Both the position numbers and the translations under genes were made by a program. The notes under the pieces were generated by a model, which had not been told where the DNA came from, made no database searches, and worked only from the letters and a program-made list of their open reading frames with translations. Shown one piece after another: positions 1 to 10,686 of a stretch of DNA of 44,559 nt. Each line of letters begins with the position of its first letter. Within the stretch, counting starts at the first letter, position 1. Source of the DNA: Gammaproteobacteria bacterium (lineage in GTDB: Bacteria > Pseudomonadota > Gammaproteobacteria > Thiomicrospirales > Thiomicrospiraceae); contig JAADDM010000285.1 of NCBI GenBank assembly GCA_013153955.1, forward strand, positions 1 to 44,559. Direction: 5' to 3'.

Positions 1-428
1 ATGCCTTGTGCAACATAGTTTTTCCAGCGTGTTCGTCCTTTTTGAATAAGGTACTCGGATTGATCGAGCACTTCAATGGTGCGCTGGTAGCTTGAAAACT
101 GTGGGCTAAAGTCGGGGTGTAAGTTGATAAGCACATCATTACAGGGGTGTGGGATGTTATCGCCATAGAGTTGAATCGGAGCGCGGGTCTGTTTCTTAAC
201 GCTGTGAGGGATGAAGCTGTGAGGCTGTGCATTCCAAAGTGTTAAATCGTATCTTAACGCATTCTGCTCGGATTCAAATCGAATATCGCAGAGTCGCTTC
301 TCTTGCCAAATTTTTTTAAGTAATTTGCTAAGAAATACCTCTCTAGATTGTGGGTCGGTGCTGTTTAATACATAAAACAGCACGTCTTTCTGGGAGGCGT
401 TTTCCGATGTCTCTTGTGCGGAGGTCAT
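1..428 (-). CDS. holC: DNA polymerase III chi subunit (3' end runs off the window)
   Basis: Manual translation from ATG at 428: MTSAQETSENASQKDVLFYVL...YDLTLWNAQPHSFIPH...VLINLH...RTIEVL...GRTRWKNY; HolC motifs; directly downstream of pepA as in the conserved pepA-holC order. Confidence 0.9.
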   Translation of the reverse strand, partial: MTSAQETSENASQKDVLFYVLNSTDPQSREVFLSKLLKKIWQEKRLCDIRFESEQNALRYDLTLWNAQPHSFIPHSVKKQTRAPIQLYGDNIPHPCNDVLINLHPDFSPQFSSYQRTIEVLDQSEYLIQKGRTRWKNYVAQG

Positions 429-434
429 TATTCT

Positions 435-1922
435 TTAAGCCTGTGTCTGCTTAATGAGGTATTCGACAAGGGCGGGTACAGGGCGGCCTGTCGCGCCTTT
501 TTTACTGCCGCTGACCCAAGCTGTTCCCGCGATATCTAGGTGCGCCCAGTCGATGTCTCTGGTAAAACGTGCTAAAAACTGAGCGGCGGTAATTGACCCC
601 CCTGCACGTCCACCAATATTGGCCATGTCTGCAAAGTTAGATTTAAGCTGTTCGTCCCACTCTTCACCGAGTGGCAGCTGCCAAAAACGATCATAAGTGG
701 TCTGTCCAGCCTCGATTAGCTCGTTGACAAGGGCTTGGTTGTTCCCCATGATGGCTGAGACGTGGTGACCGAGTGCAATAATGCAGGCACCGGTTAAGGT
801 CGCCATGTCGATAATTTTAGCCGGCTGATAGGTTTGCTGTGTATAGGTTAGCGCATCGCATAGAATTAAACGACCTTCGGCATCGGTATTCAGGATTTCG
901 ATGGTTTGACCTGACAGCGAGGTAACAACATCGCCTGGCTTAACGGCATCCCCTGAAGGCATGTTTTCAGTGGCGGGAATCACGCCGACCACATTTAAGT
1001 TGGGTTTAAGTTCGCCTAATGCTTTAAATACGCCTAAGACAGTTGCAGCTCCGCCCATGTCATATTTCATCTCATCCATCGCAGCGCCGGGCTTGAGTGA
1101 AATTCCACCAGTGTCGAAAGTGACGCCTTTACCGACCAACGCAATGGGGGCTTGGTCAGGATTGTCAGCGCCTTTATAAGAGAGGCAGATCATTTTAGGC
1201 GGAGTTGCCCCACCTTGTGCAACAGACATAAAAGAGCCCATGCCCATTTCGATCATCTCTGCTCGGTCTAGAATATTGACCTCATAGCCGTAGGTGTTTC
1301 CAAGCTCAATCGCGGTCTCTGCTAGATAAGAGGGGGTACAAAAGTTACTTGGCATGTTTGCTAAATCTTGCGTAAGCGCCATGCCTAAAGCGGTAGCCTG
1401 CCCTTGGTTAGCTGCATCACCCTGTGCTTCACATGGGTAGATGATGGTTTCAAGCTTAGGGGCTTTGGCGGTATGTTCGCCACGACTGGCATGGTCATAG
1501 TCATACAGGTTACGCTGAGATATTTGTGAGCTTTGATAGACCGCCCAAGCTAAGGTTTGATTGGCTGGGGGAGTTAAAACCACAGCATTGACCGCTTGTT
1601 CAGCACCTGATTGATCAAGGGCATCAGCCATTGACTGAAGGCTGGTTAAGTAATCCTTAACGGTTAGGGTTTCTGTGTCGCCCAAGCCAACCAATAATAC
1701 GCGTGGAATATCAGTGCCTGCTGGCTGAATAAGTAGGAGGGTTTGCCCGACTTTACCAGAAAAATCACCGGATGATTTTAATTGTTGCGTTAGGGTGTTT
1801 AAGCTAGAGAATTGCGGCAGGTCAGAGAGGTTTGCACTAACTTCACCTTGGCTATTAACGGGGAGAACCAATGTATCAAAATCACCGAATGATGGGTTAA
1901 ATGTAAATTTTATTTGTTTCAT
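435..1922 (-). CDS. pepA: Leucyl aminopeptidase (M17)
   Basis: VGKGVTFDTGGISLKP, MKYDMGG and NTDAEGRL motifs; start placed at ATG 1922 (MKQIKF) behind GAGAGG. Confidence 0.96.
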   Translation of the reverse strand: MKQIKFTFNPSFGDFDTLVLPVNSQGEVSANLSDLPQFSSLNTLTQQLKSSGDFSGKVGQTLLLIQPAGTDIPRVLLVGLGDTETLTVKDYLTSLQSMADALDQSGAEQAVNAVVLTPPANQTLAWAVYQSSQISQRNLYDYDHASRGEHTAKAPKLETIIYPCEAQGDAANQGQATALGMALTQDLANMPSNFCTPSYLAETAIELGNTYGYEVNILDRAEMIEMGMGSFMSVAQGGATPPKMICLSYKGADNPDQAPIALVGKGVTFDTGGISLKPGAAMDEMKYDMGGAATVLGVFKALGELKPNLNVVGVIPATENMPSGDAVKPGDVVTSLSGQTIEILNTDAEGRLILCDALTYTQQTYQPAKIIDMATLTGACIIALGHHVSAIMGNNQALVNELIEAGQTTYDRFWQLPLGEEWDEQLKSNFADMANIGGRAGGSITAAQFLARFTRDIDWAHLDIAGTAWVSGSKKGATGRPVPALVEYLIKQTQA

Positions 1923-2085
1923 GAAGAGGCCTCTCTGCTGTACAACCCTAAGGTAAGACTGGTTAGGGTTATTCCTCTTCAAAGTAGGAAAAATATCTCG
2001 CTACGAGGAAGAGGTTAAGTTTGTATAATGAACGATTAACGAACATATTGATGACGAGTTTAAATACTATGTTGGCTATTTTAAC

Positions 2086-3237
2086 GTGAGTGGAGTGCCT
2101 TTTTTGCGAATTCTTGATAAATACCTTTTGAAAGAGTTATTGAAAACTTTTTTAGCGGTATTAACCGTGTTGCTGCTGATTACATTTGGCTCTGAAGCAA
2201 CAAAATTGTTGGCATTAGCCGTTGAGGGAAAAATCCCTTCAGGCATTGTACTTCAGGTTCTTCTGCTCAAAATTCCGCCCGCTTTAGAGATTATTCTGCC
2301 GTTGGTTGCCCTGCTCAGTGTGATGCTATCCGTAGGGCGACTTTATCAAGATCAAGAGATGGTTGTGCTGTCTAGCAGTGGTATTTCACCTCGTTACTTT
2401 CAAAAAATAACGCTGTTATTTCTGCTACCGATTGCATTGTTAACGGCTTGGATTAGTTTGGTGGTGACCCCGTGGAGTTTTCAAACTGAACGTTTATTGG
2501 TGCAAGCGGCACAGAGTGCAACGCCTGTGTCGGGGTTAACCGCTGGGCGGTTTAATGTGTTGGCGAATAATTCAGGGGTATTTTACACGCAATCAATTAG
2601 TACGAATGGCGTGCTTTCTAATGTATGGATTCAAAGAAAGTCAGAAGAAGGCGATGTTATTTTAGTTGCGCCAAAAGGTCGTTTTAAATTTATTGACGAG
2701 CAGTTGGTACTTATTTTAGAGGATGGAACAAGTTATAGAGGGTTGCACCTTTCAACTAAAAAGAGCACTTCTGAGCCTAGCAAGGGACTGGTTCAACAGT
2801 TTAAACGCTTAGAGATGGTGATTCCTGAGATGACAGCTACCCCCAGTCGTCCAACTAAGTATGAAGTGTTGACGACAGTGTTGTGGAACTCGGATTCGAA
2901 TAGCGCACAGTCGTTATTGCAGTGGCGAATGGTCACGCCTTTGGGGGTGCTGGTACTTGGCTTGATTGGCCTCAAAATGAGTCGTTCAGGGCCTCGGCAG
3001 GGGCGTTTTGCAAAGCTCTTTTTTGCACTGGTTATCTATATTATCTATAACCAACTGTTGGTGGTTGGACGGGATGGTATCTCTGATGGCAGTTGGTCAA
3101 GCACGATTGGGTTATGGCCGATTCCATTACTCTTCTTACTCTTTGCTCTCTGGGAGTTTAAGGGGCTTGAATATTATCGAACTCGTTTATTCAAAGCACA
3201 ACATTCGTTAACCGATAAGCCAGAGGAAAGTGTCTAG
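2086..3237 (+). CDS. lptF: LPS export ABC permease LptF
   Basis: ILDKYLLKE N-terminus, GRLYQDQEMVVL motif, divergent from pepA, followed by lptG. Confidence 0.93.
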   Translation: MSGVPFLRILDKYLLKELLKTFLAVLTVLLLITFGSEATKLLALAVEGKIPSGIVLQVLLLKIPPALEIILPLVALLSVMLSVGRLYQDQEMVVLSSSGISPRYFQKITLLFLLPIALLTAWISLVVTPWSFQTERLLVQAAQSATPVSGLTAGRFNVLANNSGVFYTQSISTNGVLSNVWIQRKSEEGDVILVAPKGRFKFIDEQLVLILEDGTSYRGLHLSTKKSTSEPSKGLVQQFKRLEMVIPEMTATPSRPTKYEVLTTVLWNSDSNSAQSLLQWRMVTPLGVLVLGLIGLKMSRSGPRQGRFAKLFFALVIYIIYNQLLVVGRDGISDGSWSSTIGLWPIPLLFLLFALWEFKGLEYYRTRLFKAQHSLTDKPEESV

Positions 3238-4378
3238 AATGAATAGAATTGAACGTTATTTAGCCTCGGTTGTGATTAGTCATACTGCTTTAGTGATGGT
3301 AGTTTTGCTGGTGATTTTTGGTTTTTTTGAGTTTATGAATCAGGTTGCTAAATTAACCGACTCATACACGCTCTCACAGGGGGCGTTATACACGCTGTTA
3401 AAGTTTCCTGTTTATAGTTATGAACTGTTTCCCATTGTACTGTTAATTGGGACTTTAATGGGGCTGGGTAGTTTGGCAAACCAGTCTGAGTTGACGGTGC
3501 TAAGGGTGACAGGGTGGTCGATTAAACGTATTTTATGGGCGGTTTTAAAAGCGGCTTTTATTATGTGGTTGGTGGTAGCGATGATTGGAGAGTGGGTCGC
3601 CCCTGCGAGTGAAGCTTATGCAAAAAAAATGCGTGCTGAAGCACTGCATCAAGGTTTTTCGATTGGCTCAAGTAATGGGTTGTGGGTCAAAGAGTCGGGC
3701 CGTTATATTCATGTTGAGCGCGTTATCTCAAGTACTTCTCTTAAAAACATCACCTTCTATCAAGTGGGTGGTTCTGCATTGACTCAGTTATCACAAGTGG
3801 ACAGCGCACAGTTTAAAGATGGGCATTGGCAGTTTAAAAATGCAATACAACAAACGCTTGGGTTTACACCGAATACGCTTGAGAATGCAAAGATGGCAAG
3901 TGGGGGAGCAAGTAGCAATGATGCGGAGCAAGCGATTCCAGCCCATTTAAACCTCTCTGTTGAGCGTTTAGACCGCCTTGAGAGTAGCTTTCCCTTAACC
4001 CCTGCTGAGTTGAATAATCTAGATATAGAGACTCGCTATTTGAGTGTGGTAGACCTTTATCACTATATTCAGTTTTTAGAGCAGAATGGCTTGGAATCAG
4101 GTGCGCATGAGTTAGAGTTTTGGCGAAAAGTCAGCATGCCTTTGATGGTTGTTGCTTTAATTTCGATTGTATTTCCGCTTATTTTTGGCTCAATTAGGCA
4201 GGTTAGCATGGGGCAGCGTATCTTTATCGGGGTACTGATTGGCATGGGGTTTTATCTGCTGAATCAGATGATTGGTAATTTAACGGTGGTTTATCATTTG
4301 CCCGTTTTATTGGGGGCATTTCTGCCCTCATTACTCTTGTTATCTGGTGCGCTCTTTTGGCTAAAGCGAGTACGCTAA
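3230..4378 (+). CDS. lptG: LPS export ABC permease LptG
   Basis: GLGSLANQSELTVLR motif, FGSIRQVSMGQRI; overlaps lptF end. Confidence 0.93.
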   Translation: MSRMNRIERYLASVVISHTALVMVVLLVIFGFFEFMNQVAKLTDSYTLSQGALYTLLKFPVYSYELFPIVLLIGTLMGLGSLANQSELTVLRVTGWSIKRILWAVLKAAFIMWLVVAMIGEWVAPASEAYAKKMRAEALHQGFSIGSSNGLWVKESGRYIHVERVISSTSLKNITFYQVGGSALTQLSQVDSAQFKDGHWQFKNAIQQTLGFTPNTLENAKMASGGASSNDAEQAIPAHLNLSVERLDRLESSFPLTPAELNNLDIETRYLSVVDLYHYIQFLEQNGLESGAHELEFWRKVSMPLMVVALISIVFPLIFGSIRQVSMGQRIFIGVLIGMGFYLLNQMIGNLTVVYHLPVLLGAFLPSLLLLSGALFWLKRVR

Positions 4379-4455
4379 TCAGCACGCACCGCTGCTAAGT
4401 AAGCAGCGCATAAAATATGGATGTATTTCTGTGAGTGACTCTTTTGTAAAAGGGC

Positions 4456-5307
4456 TTATTCTGCAACCAGTTGTGTCATTTTATACACGCCTTTTTTGCC
4501 ACCAAGTTGCTTGGCTAAAAAAGGTAAGCTCTCTTCCATCGCTTTCCACAATGTCCAAGGCGGATTGATGAAAATCATGCCGCTAGAGGTCATGCCTCGC
4601 CCTGACGTGTCGGTTTCTAAGCCCAGCTCAAATACTTGAATGTTACGTATGCCTGTTGCTTTAATATCCGCCAGCATTCGATCAATGGTATGGCGATTAA
4701 CAACGGGATACCATACTGCGTAAGTGCCCGTTGCAAAGCGTTTATGGCAGGCCTTTAGAACTTCCACCACGCGGTCATAATCACTCTTAATCTCATAAGG
4801 TGGGTCTATTAAGACCAAGCCTCTTCGCTCTTTAGGCGGCATGGCGGCAATGGCGGTTTGAAAGCCATCTTTACTGAACATCTTAATGCGTCTATCGCCT
4901 TTAAAGTTTTTAATGAGCGTTTGACTCTCTCTAGGGTGCAACTCACAGAGTGTTATACGATCTTGTTCACGACAAAGGTATGAACCAATCCATGGAGAGC
5001 CGGGATAAAGGCTGAGCTGTGAAGGGTCACCTTCCAATGCATTACAGCTTTTAATCACTTCTCGATAGGCGTGTAGTGGATCGGGTAGGGAGCGAGCCTG
5101 CCACAGCGGTTCAATGCCATTTTTGTATTCACAGTTCTTTTGAGATTCTTCAGCCGCTAAGGTATATAGCCCTGGGCCTGAGTGGGTGTCCATATAAAAA
5201 TAGGGGGCGGGCTTTTGGTTTAGATAGTGCAACGTATGCGTTAAGCTTGCGTGTTTAAGAACATCTGCAAAGTTACCGGCATGGTAGGAGTGTAAATAGC
5301 TGAGCAT
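4456..5307 (-). CDS. rlmJ: 23S rRNA (adenine 2030-N6)-methyltransferase
   Basis: MLSYLHSYHAGNFADVLKH, YPGSP and LIDPPYE motifs. Confidence 0.95.
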   Translation of the reverse strand: MLSYLHSYHAGNFADVLKHASLTHTLHYLNQKPAPYFYMDTHSGPGLYTLAAEESQKNCEYKNGIEPLWQARSLPDPLHAYREVIKSCNALEGDPSQLSLYPGSPWIGSYLCREQDRITLCELHPRESQTLIKNFKGDRRIKMFSKDGFQTAIAAMPPKERRGLVLIDPPYEIKSDYDRVVEVLKACHKRFATGTYAVWYPVVNRHTIDRMLADIKATGIRNIQVFELGLETDTSGRGMTSSGMIFINPPWTLWKAMEESLPFLAKQLGGKKGVYKMTQLVAE

Positions 5308-5487
5308 CGTAAAGCCTTGTTAAAATTTTATGAGAGATTAGGTTTGAAAAGGGTTAAAAAAAGGGAGTCGGTGCGTAAATAAGCATGTTGTGGAGTGTCA
5401 CATGCTTGATATTACGCATTTTTTTTAAGGAATTTTTTAGCAGTTGTTGCACTTACTAGTTGAATCGATGGGGCAAAAAAGCCCTAA

Positions 5488-6876
5488 TCAAGCCTTAATT
5501 AAGACTTCTAACTCAGCTACTTTCTGTTCCACGAGTGCAGTGTTACCACGAGATTCAATGTTTAGACGTAGTAGCGGCTCGGTATTAGAGGCGCGAATAT
5601 TCATGCGCCATTGGCCAAAATCTAAGCTTAGGCCATCGGTTTCATCAACTTCTGGTGATTGATCTGCAAAATGGGCGCGTATGTTTTGAATGATTCGAGC
5701 ACTGTTGTCAACGGTGTAGTTAATCTCGCCACTGCAAGGAAACGCCTGTGCACGTTCGGTAATCAGCTCGGAGAGTGTTTTCCCCGTTTTGCTGATGAGT
5801 TGTGCAATAAGTAGCCAAGGTATCATGCCGCTATCACAATAGAAAAAATCTCTAAAATAATGATGAGCAGACATCTCTCCCCCATAAACCGCATCCTCTT
5901 TACGCATTCGCTCTTTAATAAAGGCGTGTCCTGTTTTAGATTGAATGGGTACGCCTCCGGCAGCTTTAACCTGTTCGATCGTATTCCACGTTAAACGCGG
6001 GTCATGGACGATTTTTTCACCCGGGTTATCTGCTAATAACGTCTCGGCAAGGAGTCCGACTAAGTAGTAGCCTTCAATGAATTGGCCTTTTTCATCAAAC
6101 AGGAAGCAGCGGTCAAAATCGCCATCCCAAGCGACCCCGAAGTCCGCTTGTTGCTGAATCACGGCTTCGGTTGTGGCGGCTCGATTAGCGATCACCATCG
6201 GGTTAGGCACGCCATTTGGAAAGTCTCCATCAGGCTCGTGATGCACGGTGGTTACCTCAAAAGGTAGGTGCTTGGCCAGCTCCGTAAAGGTAGGGCCTGC
6301 TGCACCATTACCAGCATTAACGACAATCTTGAGCGGTTTAAGTTGTGCGCGATCAACATAGGTTAATAAGTGCTCAATGTAAGCCTGTTTTGAGGGGGCG
6401 TGCTCCACCGAACCAGCGGTCTGTGCTGGTGCGTTATAGCGGTTTTCTTGAATGCGTTTTTCAATCTCTCTAAGGCCCGAATCGCCACTGATGGGCACAG
6501 ATCCCTTGGCGACTAGCTTCATGCCGTTATAGCCTTTAGGATTATGGCTAGCCGTAATCATAATCCCACCATCTGCTTGGTAGTGGGGGGTAGCAAAGTA
6601 GACCTCTTCCGTACCACACAGGCCGAGGTTGATAATATTCACGCCTGATTCAACCAGACCTGCGGTGAGCCCTTTAACAATTTCAGGGCTTTCTAAGCGA
6701 ATATCATAGCCAATCACCACTTTTTGGGGAGAGAGTTCAGCGGCAAACGCACGCCCAATTTGATAGGCCAGTGTTTCATTAAGTTCTTCGGGCACGCGAC
6801 CGCGTATGTCATAGGCTTTAAAGCACTGTGTGTTGGTTTGCTCTGTTGAGTGTTGGGTGTTGGCTGTCTGTGTCAT
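5488..6876 (-). CDS. manB: Phosphomannomutase/phosphoglucomutase (CpsG/ManB family)
   Basis: FKAYDIRG, ITASHNP (catalytic Ser), DGDFDR metal loop, GGEMSAH. Confidence 0.93.
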   Translation of the reverse strand: MTQTANTQHSTEQTNTQCFKAYDIRGRVPEELNETLAYQIGRAFAAELSPQKVVIGYDIRLESPEIVKGLTAGLVESGVNIINLGLCGTEEVYFATPHYQADGGIMITASHNPKGYNGMKLVAKGSVPISGDSGLREIEKRIQENRYNAPAQTAGSVEHAPSKQAYIEHLLTYVDRAQLKPLKIVVNAGNGAAGPTFTELAKHLPFEVTTVHHEPDGDFPNGVPNPMVIANRAATTEAVIQQQADFGVAWDGDFDRCFLFDEKGQFIEGYYLVGLLAETLLADNPGEKIVHDPRLTWNTIEQVKAAGGVPIQSKTGHAFIKERMRKEDAVYGGEMSAHHYFRDFFYCDSGMIPWLLIAQLISKTGKTLSELITERAQAFPCSGEINYTVDNSARIIQNIRAHFADQSPEVDETDGLSLDFGQWRMNIRASNTEPLLRLNIESRGNTALVEQKVAELEVLIKA

Positions 6877-7007
6877 TGTTAGGGTCTTTTTTATAAACGT
6901 TTTTAGTAAGGGCTGTTAAAGTTCTGTCGTTTTTTGATAGAGCGGGTTGCCCACTCGTAAGCGATAGGGGCTTCTGTGTATGGTTTGGTATGCCGCTGAG
7001 TCTGCCG

Positions 7008-8252
7008 TTATCGTCCCACCCCAAAATAGGTAAAGCCATTGTGCTCAATCCACTGTTTATCATATAGATTACGACCGTCTAATAATATAGGCGTGGCCAT
7101 ATTTTCTTTTAACGCCACTAGGTTAGGTGACCAAAAAGGCTTCCATTCCGTAACTACGCAGAGCGCATCGGCTTGCTGTGTCGCTTCGTACATATCGGCA
7201 CAAATTTCAACCTGTGCCTGTTGGGTTAAAGAGAGCGTCTCTTTCATCCAAATCATAAAGTTTACATCGAGCATGGGGTCAAAAATCTTTAGCTGACAGC
7301 CTTGATTGACAAAGGCCTTTATAAGCGCAAGGCTGGGTGCGCCTTCAATCGAGTTAGAGTTGGGCTTGTAGCTCACCCCCCAAATCGCGATAGTTTTGTG
7401 CTCTATTTGGCAGTCAAAGTGTTGCCAAAGCTTTCTGAATAGCAGCTCTTTCTGTTGTTCGTTGATGGTGATGACCGACTCAAGCAAGCTTTCGCGAGCG
7501 CCAGTTGCGTTAATCAGGGCTTGAATACGATTTAAATCTTCACCAAAATGGGTGCCACCAAAGCCGATACCAGCATATAAAAAGGACGAGCCAATGCGCT
7601 TGTCAGCCCCAAGCCCTAAGCGTACCTCTTCAATGTCTGCACCTAAATGCTCCGCAGCAATGGCGAGTTCATTCATAAGGGAAATTCGAGTAGCTAACAT
7701 TGCATTAGTTGCATATTTTGTAAGCTCTGCTGAGGCCTCTGACATCTCGATAATGACATCTTGATTGCGGTTAAAGGGCGCAAATAGGCGTTTAAAGTTA
7801 CGAGTGTTTTGGGGGTTGCTACTGCCGATGATGATTCTATCGGGGCGCGTAAAGGCTTGAATCGCCTGACCCTCTGAAGCGAAGTCTGGGTTAACTAGGC
7901 AGTCTGTTTTAGCGATGTCTGAAAGCTGTTTGATCGTTCCCATGGTAAAGCTAGAGCGAATCACTAAGCACATGTCTTTATTCGTTGAATGGGCAAGCTT
8001 TGCGCAAATGATTTTGGCTTCTTGGCACTGATTGGCATTGAGAGAGAGAATTTGAAAATCGGCTTCTACATCAAACTGACTTTCGATACTTAACCGCGCG
8101 GCATCGATTTGTGCATCTAATAATTTAACCAGACCTGGTTCAATGGTTTCATTGTCGCGGTGGCCAATTAACACAACTTGATTGCCTGATTCAGCCAAAC
8201 ACCCTGCACAGACTAAGGCACTAATACTGCTGCCAAATACATTAATTTTCAT
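7008..8252 (-). CDS. ugd: UDP-glucose/GDP-mannose dehydrogenase-family protein with degenerate active site
   Basis: ELTKYATNAMLATRISLMNE, D-x-RIG, VVTEWK and DGRNLYD match Ugd, but GxGxxG and the catalytic Cys are replaced; start ATG 8252 (MKINVFG) overlaps the pgi stop. Confidence 0.85.
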   Translation of the reverse strand: MKINVFGSSISALVCAGCLAESGNQVVLIGHRDNETIEPGLVKLLDAQIDAARLSIESQFDVEADFQILSLNANQCQEAKIICAKLAHSTNKDMCLVIRSSFTMGTIKQLSDIAKTDCLVNPDFASEGQAIQAFTRPDRIIIGSSNPQNTRNFKRLFAPFNRNQDVIIEMSEASAELTKYATNAMLATRISLMNELAIAAEHLGADIEEVRLGLGADKRIGSSFLYAGIGFGGTHFGEDLNRIQALINATGARESLLESVITINEQQKELLFRKLWQHFDCQIEHKTIAIWGVSYKPNSNSIEGAPSLALIKAFVNQGCQLKIFDPMLDVNFMIWMKETLSLTQQAQVEICADMYEATQQADALCVVTEWKPFWSPNLVALKENMATPILLDGRNLYDKQWIEHNGFTYFGVGR

Positions 8253-9819
8253 CGGATACTCCAGTGCTATGGGCAAGTACGGCTTTTAAAATACCTGCCG
8301 TCGAGCTGTCTAAATGGTCGGTTGAGCCTGACTTTATGTCCTGCATAATTTCGCTCGCTAATTTTTTACCTAGCTCAACCCCCCATTGATCAAAGGGGTT
8401 GATATTCCAAATAACCGACTGTACAAAGACCTTGTGTTCATATAAGGCGATGAGCATACCGAGATGATGGGCATCTAGGGTTTCTAGCAACAGGGTGCTG
8501 GAAACTTGATCACCGGGATAGTGCTTGTTCAGGTCATCAGAAGCCTGTCCTATCATCAGCGCCCGGCTTTGTGCAAGGCAGTTTGCCACATTTAACTGGT
8601 GGTGAAAGGTGGCTCTTTTAGACGTTGAAACCCCTTGGGAAAATAGAATGAAGTCAGACATAACCCGCTCTGTGCCTTGGTGCAGGAGTTGGTAAAAAGC
8701 GTGCTGTGCATTTGGCCCCACTTCGCCCCATAAAATAGGGTTGGTCCTATAGGTTACCTTTGTGCCATCACGACGGGTGCTTTTGCCGTTGCTCTCCATC
8801 TCGAGCTGTTCTAAATAACTGGCAAAGTATTTTAAGCGAGAGTCATAAGGCAGAATCGCCTGTGCTGCCAGCTCTAAAAAATTGGTATTCCATATGCCAA
8901 TCAGTCCCATCAAAACAGGAATGTTTTTAGAGAAAGGCGTCTCTTTAAAATGCTGGTCCATTGCTTGTGCCCCTGCCAACATGGATTTATACCCCGCCAT
9001 GCCTTGGGCTAAGGCGATACTCAGGCCAATGGCCGACCAGAGTGAAAAACGACCGCCAACCCAGTCCCAAAATAGAAGCTGATAGTCAGGTAAAATTCCC
9101 CATTCGGCCATTTTGGCGGCGTTGGTTGAGATCCCAATAAAGTGTCTTAGGGTCGCCGATTCGCTTTTTGCATATTGTTGAATCCACGCTTTTGCCGTGT
9201 CGGCAAGCGAAAGAGTATCGATGGTGGCAAATGATTTAGAGGCAATAATGAAAAGAGTCGTTTCGGGGTTAAGCTTGTTCAGCAGTTTTTGAAGCTGCTG
9301 GGCATCCAGTGTTGACACAAAGTGAATGCCGGGTGCTTGTGGATGGCGATCTTTATCAAGCGCATGGGTCACCATTAGAGGCCCTAAATCGCTGCCACCT
9401 ACGCCAATGTTCACCACTTCTGTAATGGGTTTTCCCGAGTAGCCTCTGAGTTGTTTTTGATGAACTTGGGACACGATATTTGCCATGCGATCCCACTGCT
9501 TAGAGACATCAGGGCTGGGGTTGTTGACATCGCGTAACCGGGTATGACCTGCAGCACGAGACTCGGTATGGTTAATCGCTTCGCCCGCAAAGAGTTTTTG
9601 AATCCATTCCGATAAGTCACGCTCTTCGGCAAGTTTAATTAATCCATCTAGAGCTTGAGAGTCTATTTTTTGCTTGGAATAATCAAAAAGTAGGCCTTCT
9701 ATGGCGGTGCTAAAGGCCTCAAAGCGATTGGGTTCTGCTTTAAAAAGGTCTGCCAAGTGCTGCGTTTTTAATTGGTTAGCATGGGCTTTTAAGGGGGGGT
9801 AAGCGGCAGTGTAAATCAT
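8242..9819 (-). CDS. pgi: Glucose-6-phosphate isomerase
   Basis: IGVGGSDLGP, GGRFSLWS, QLEMESNGK, QHAFYQLLHQG, DQWGVELGK. Confidence 0.96.
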   Translation of the reverse strand: MIYTAAYPPLKAHANQLKTQHLADLFKAEPNRFEAFSTAIEGLLFDYSKQKIDSQALDGLIKLAEERDLSEWIQKLFAGEAINHTESRAAGHTRLRDVNNPSPDVSKQWDRMANIVSQVHQKQLRGYSGKPITEVVNIGVGGSDLGPLMVTHALDKDRHPQAPGIHFVSTLDAQQLQKLLNKLNPETTLFIIASKSFATIDTLSLADTAKAWIQQYAKSESATLRHFIGISTNAAKMAEWGILPDYQLLFWDWVGGRFSLWSAIGLSIALAQGMAGYKSMLAGAQAMDQHFKETPFSKNIPVLMGLIGIWNTNFLELAAQAILPYDSRLKYFASYLEQLEMESNGKSTRRDGTKVTYRTNPILWGEVGPNAQHAFYQLLHQGTERVMSDFILFSQGVSTSKRATFHHQLNVANCLAQSRALMIGQASDDLNKHYPGDQVSSTLLLETLDAHHLGMLIALYEHKVFVQSVIWNINPFDQWGVELGKKLASEIMQDIKSGSTDHLDSSTAGILKAVLAHSTGVSDEN

Positions 9820-10686
9820 CTATTTAATCGTTTTTAACCATTGGGTAAATTCAGTCCCTAGTTCGGGGTGTGCCATTGCAAACTGAACGGTTGCTTTCAC
9901 AAATCCGAGTTTATCTCCACAGTCATAGCTTGTGCCGGCAAGGCAATAAGCGTGTACGCCCTGTGTTTCAATTAAGCTGGCAATGGCATCCGTGAGTTGT
10001 ATCTCATTGCCTGCCCCTTTAGGGGTCTCTTTTAACAGAGCAAGAATCTGATTACTTAATATATAACGCCCCGTGATCGAGAGGTTAGAAGGTGCATCAG
10101 CCTGACTGGGCTTTTCAACCACGCCAGCCATCGGCGTGGATTCGGTTGGGTTTAAGGGCTTGCCTAAGCAGTCAGCAATGCCATATTTATCGACTTCTGA
10201 TTCAGGGACAGGCTCAACCATGATTTGGCTTTTCTGTGAGTTTTCAAAGGCTAAAACCATACGTTTTAGGTCATCAGACCCTGTGTTTAAAATAACGTCG
10301 GGCAGTAATACAGCAAAATCTTCTTCACCAATGACGGGGGCGGCGCACAAAACTGCATGACCTAATCCCAGTGCTTCTGGCTGTCTCACCGCAATGATAT
10401 TCACGTGATCAGGAATAATCGCCGCCAACTTCTCTAAGAGCGCCTCTTTCTGCTTAGCCATTAGTGAGGCTTTAAGTTCAAAGTTAAGATCAAAATGATT
10501 TTCGATTGCCTGTTTTGATGAGTGGGTGACCAATATGATGTCCGTAAATCCTGCGCTTACCGCCTCTTGCACGACATATTGAATTAAAGGTTGATCCACC
10601 AGAGTAATCATCTCTTTTGGAATCGCTTTGGTTGCGGGTAAAAAACGCGTTCCTAATCCTGCGACGGGGATAACAATCTTTTTCAT
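9820..10686 (-). CDS. galU: UTP--glucose-1-phosphate uridylyltransferase
   Basis: [43 protein letters not shown]. Confidence 0.96.
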   Translation of the reverse strand: MKKIVIPVAGLGTRFLPATKAIPKEMITLVDQPLIQYVVQEAVSAGFTDIILVTHSSKQAIENHFDLNFELKASLMAKQKEALLEKLAAIIPDHVNIIAVRQPEALGLGHAVLCAAPVIGEEDFAVLLPDVILNTGSDDLKRMVLAFENSQKSQIMVEPVPESEVDKYGIADCLGKPLNPTESTPMAGVVEKPSQADAPSNLSITGRYILSNQILALLKETPKGAGNEIQLTDAIASLIETQGVHAYCLAGTSYDCGDKLGFVKATVQFAMAHPELGTEFTQWLKTIK

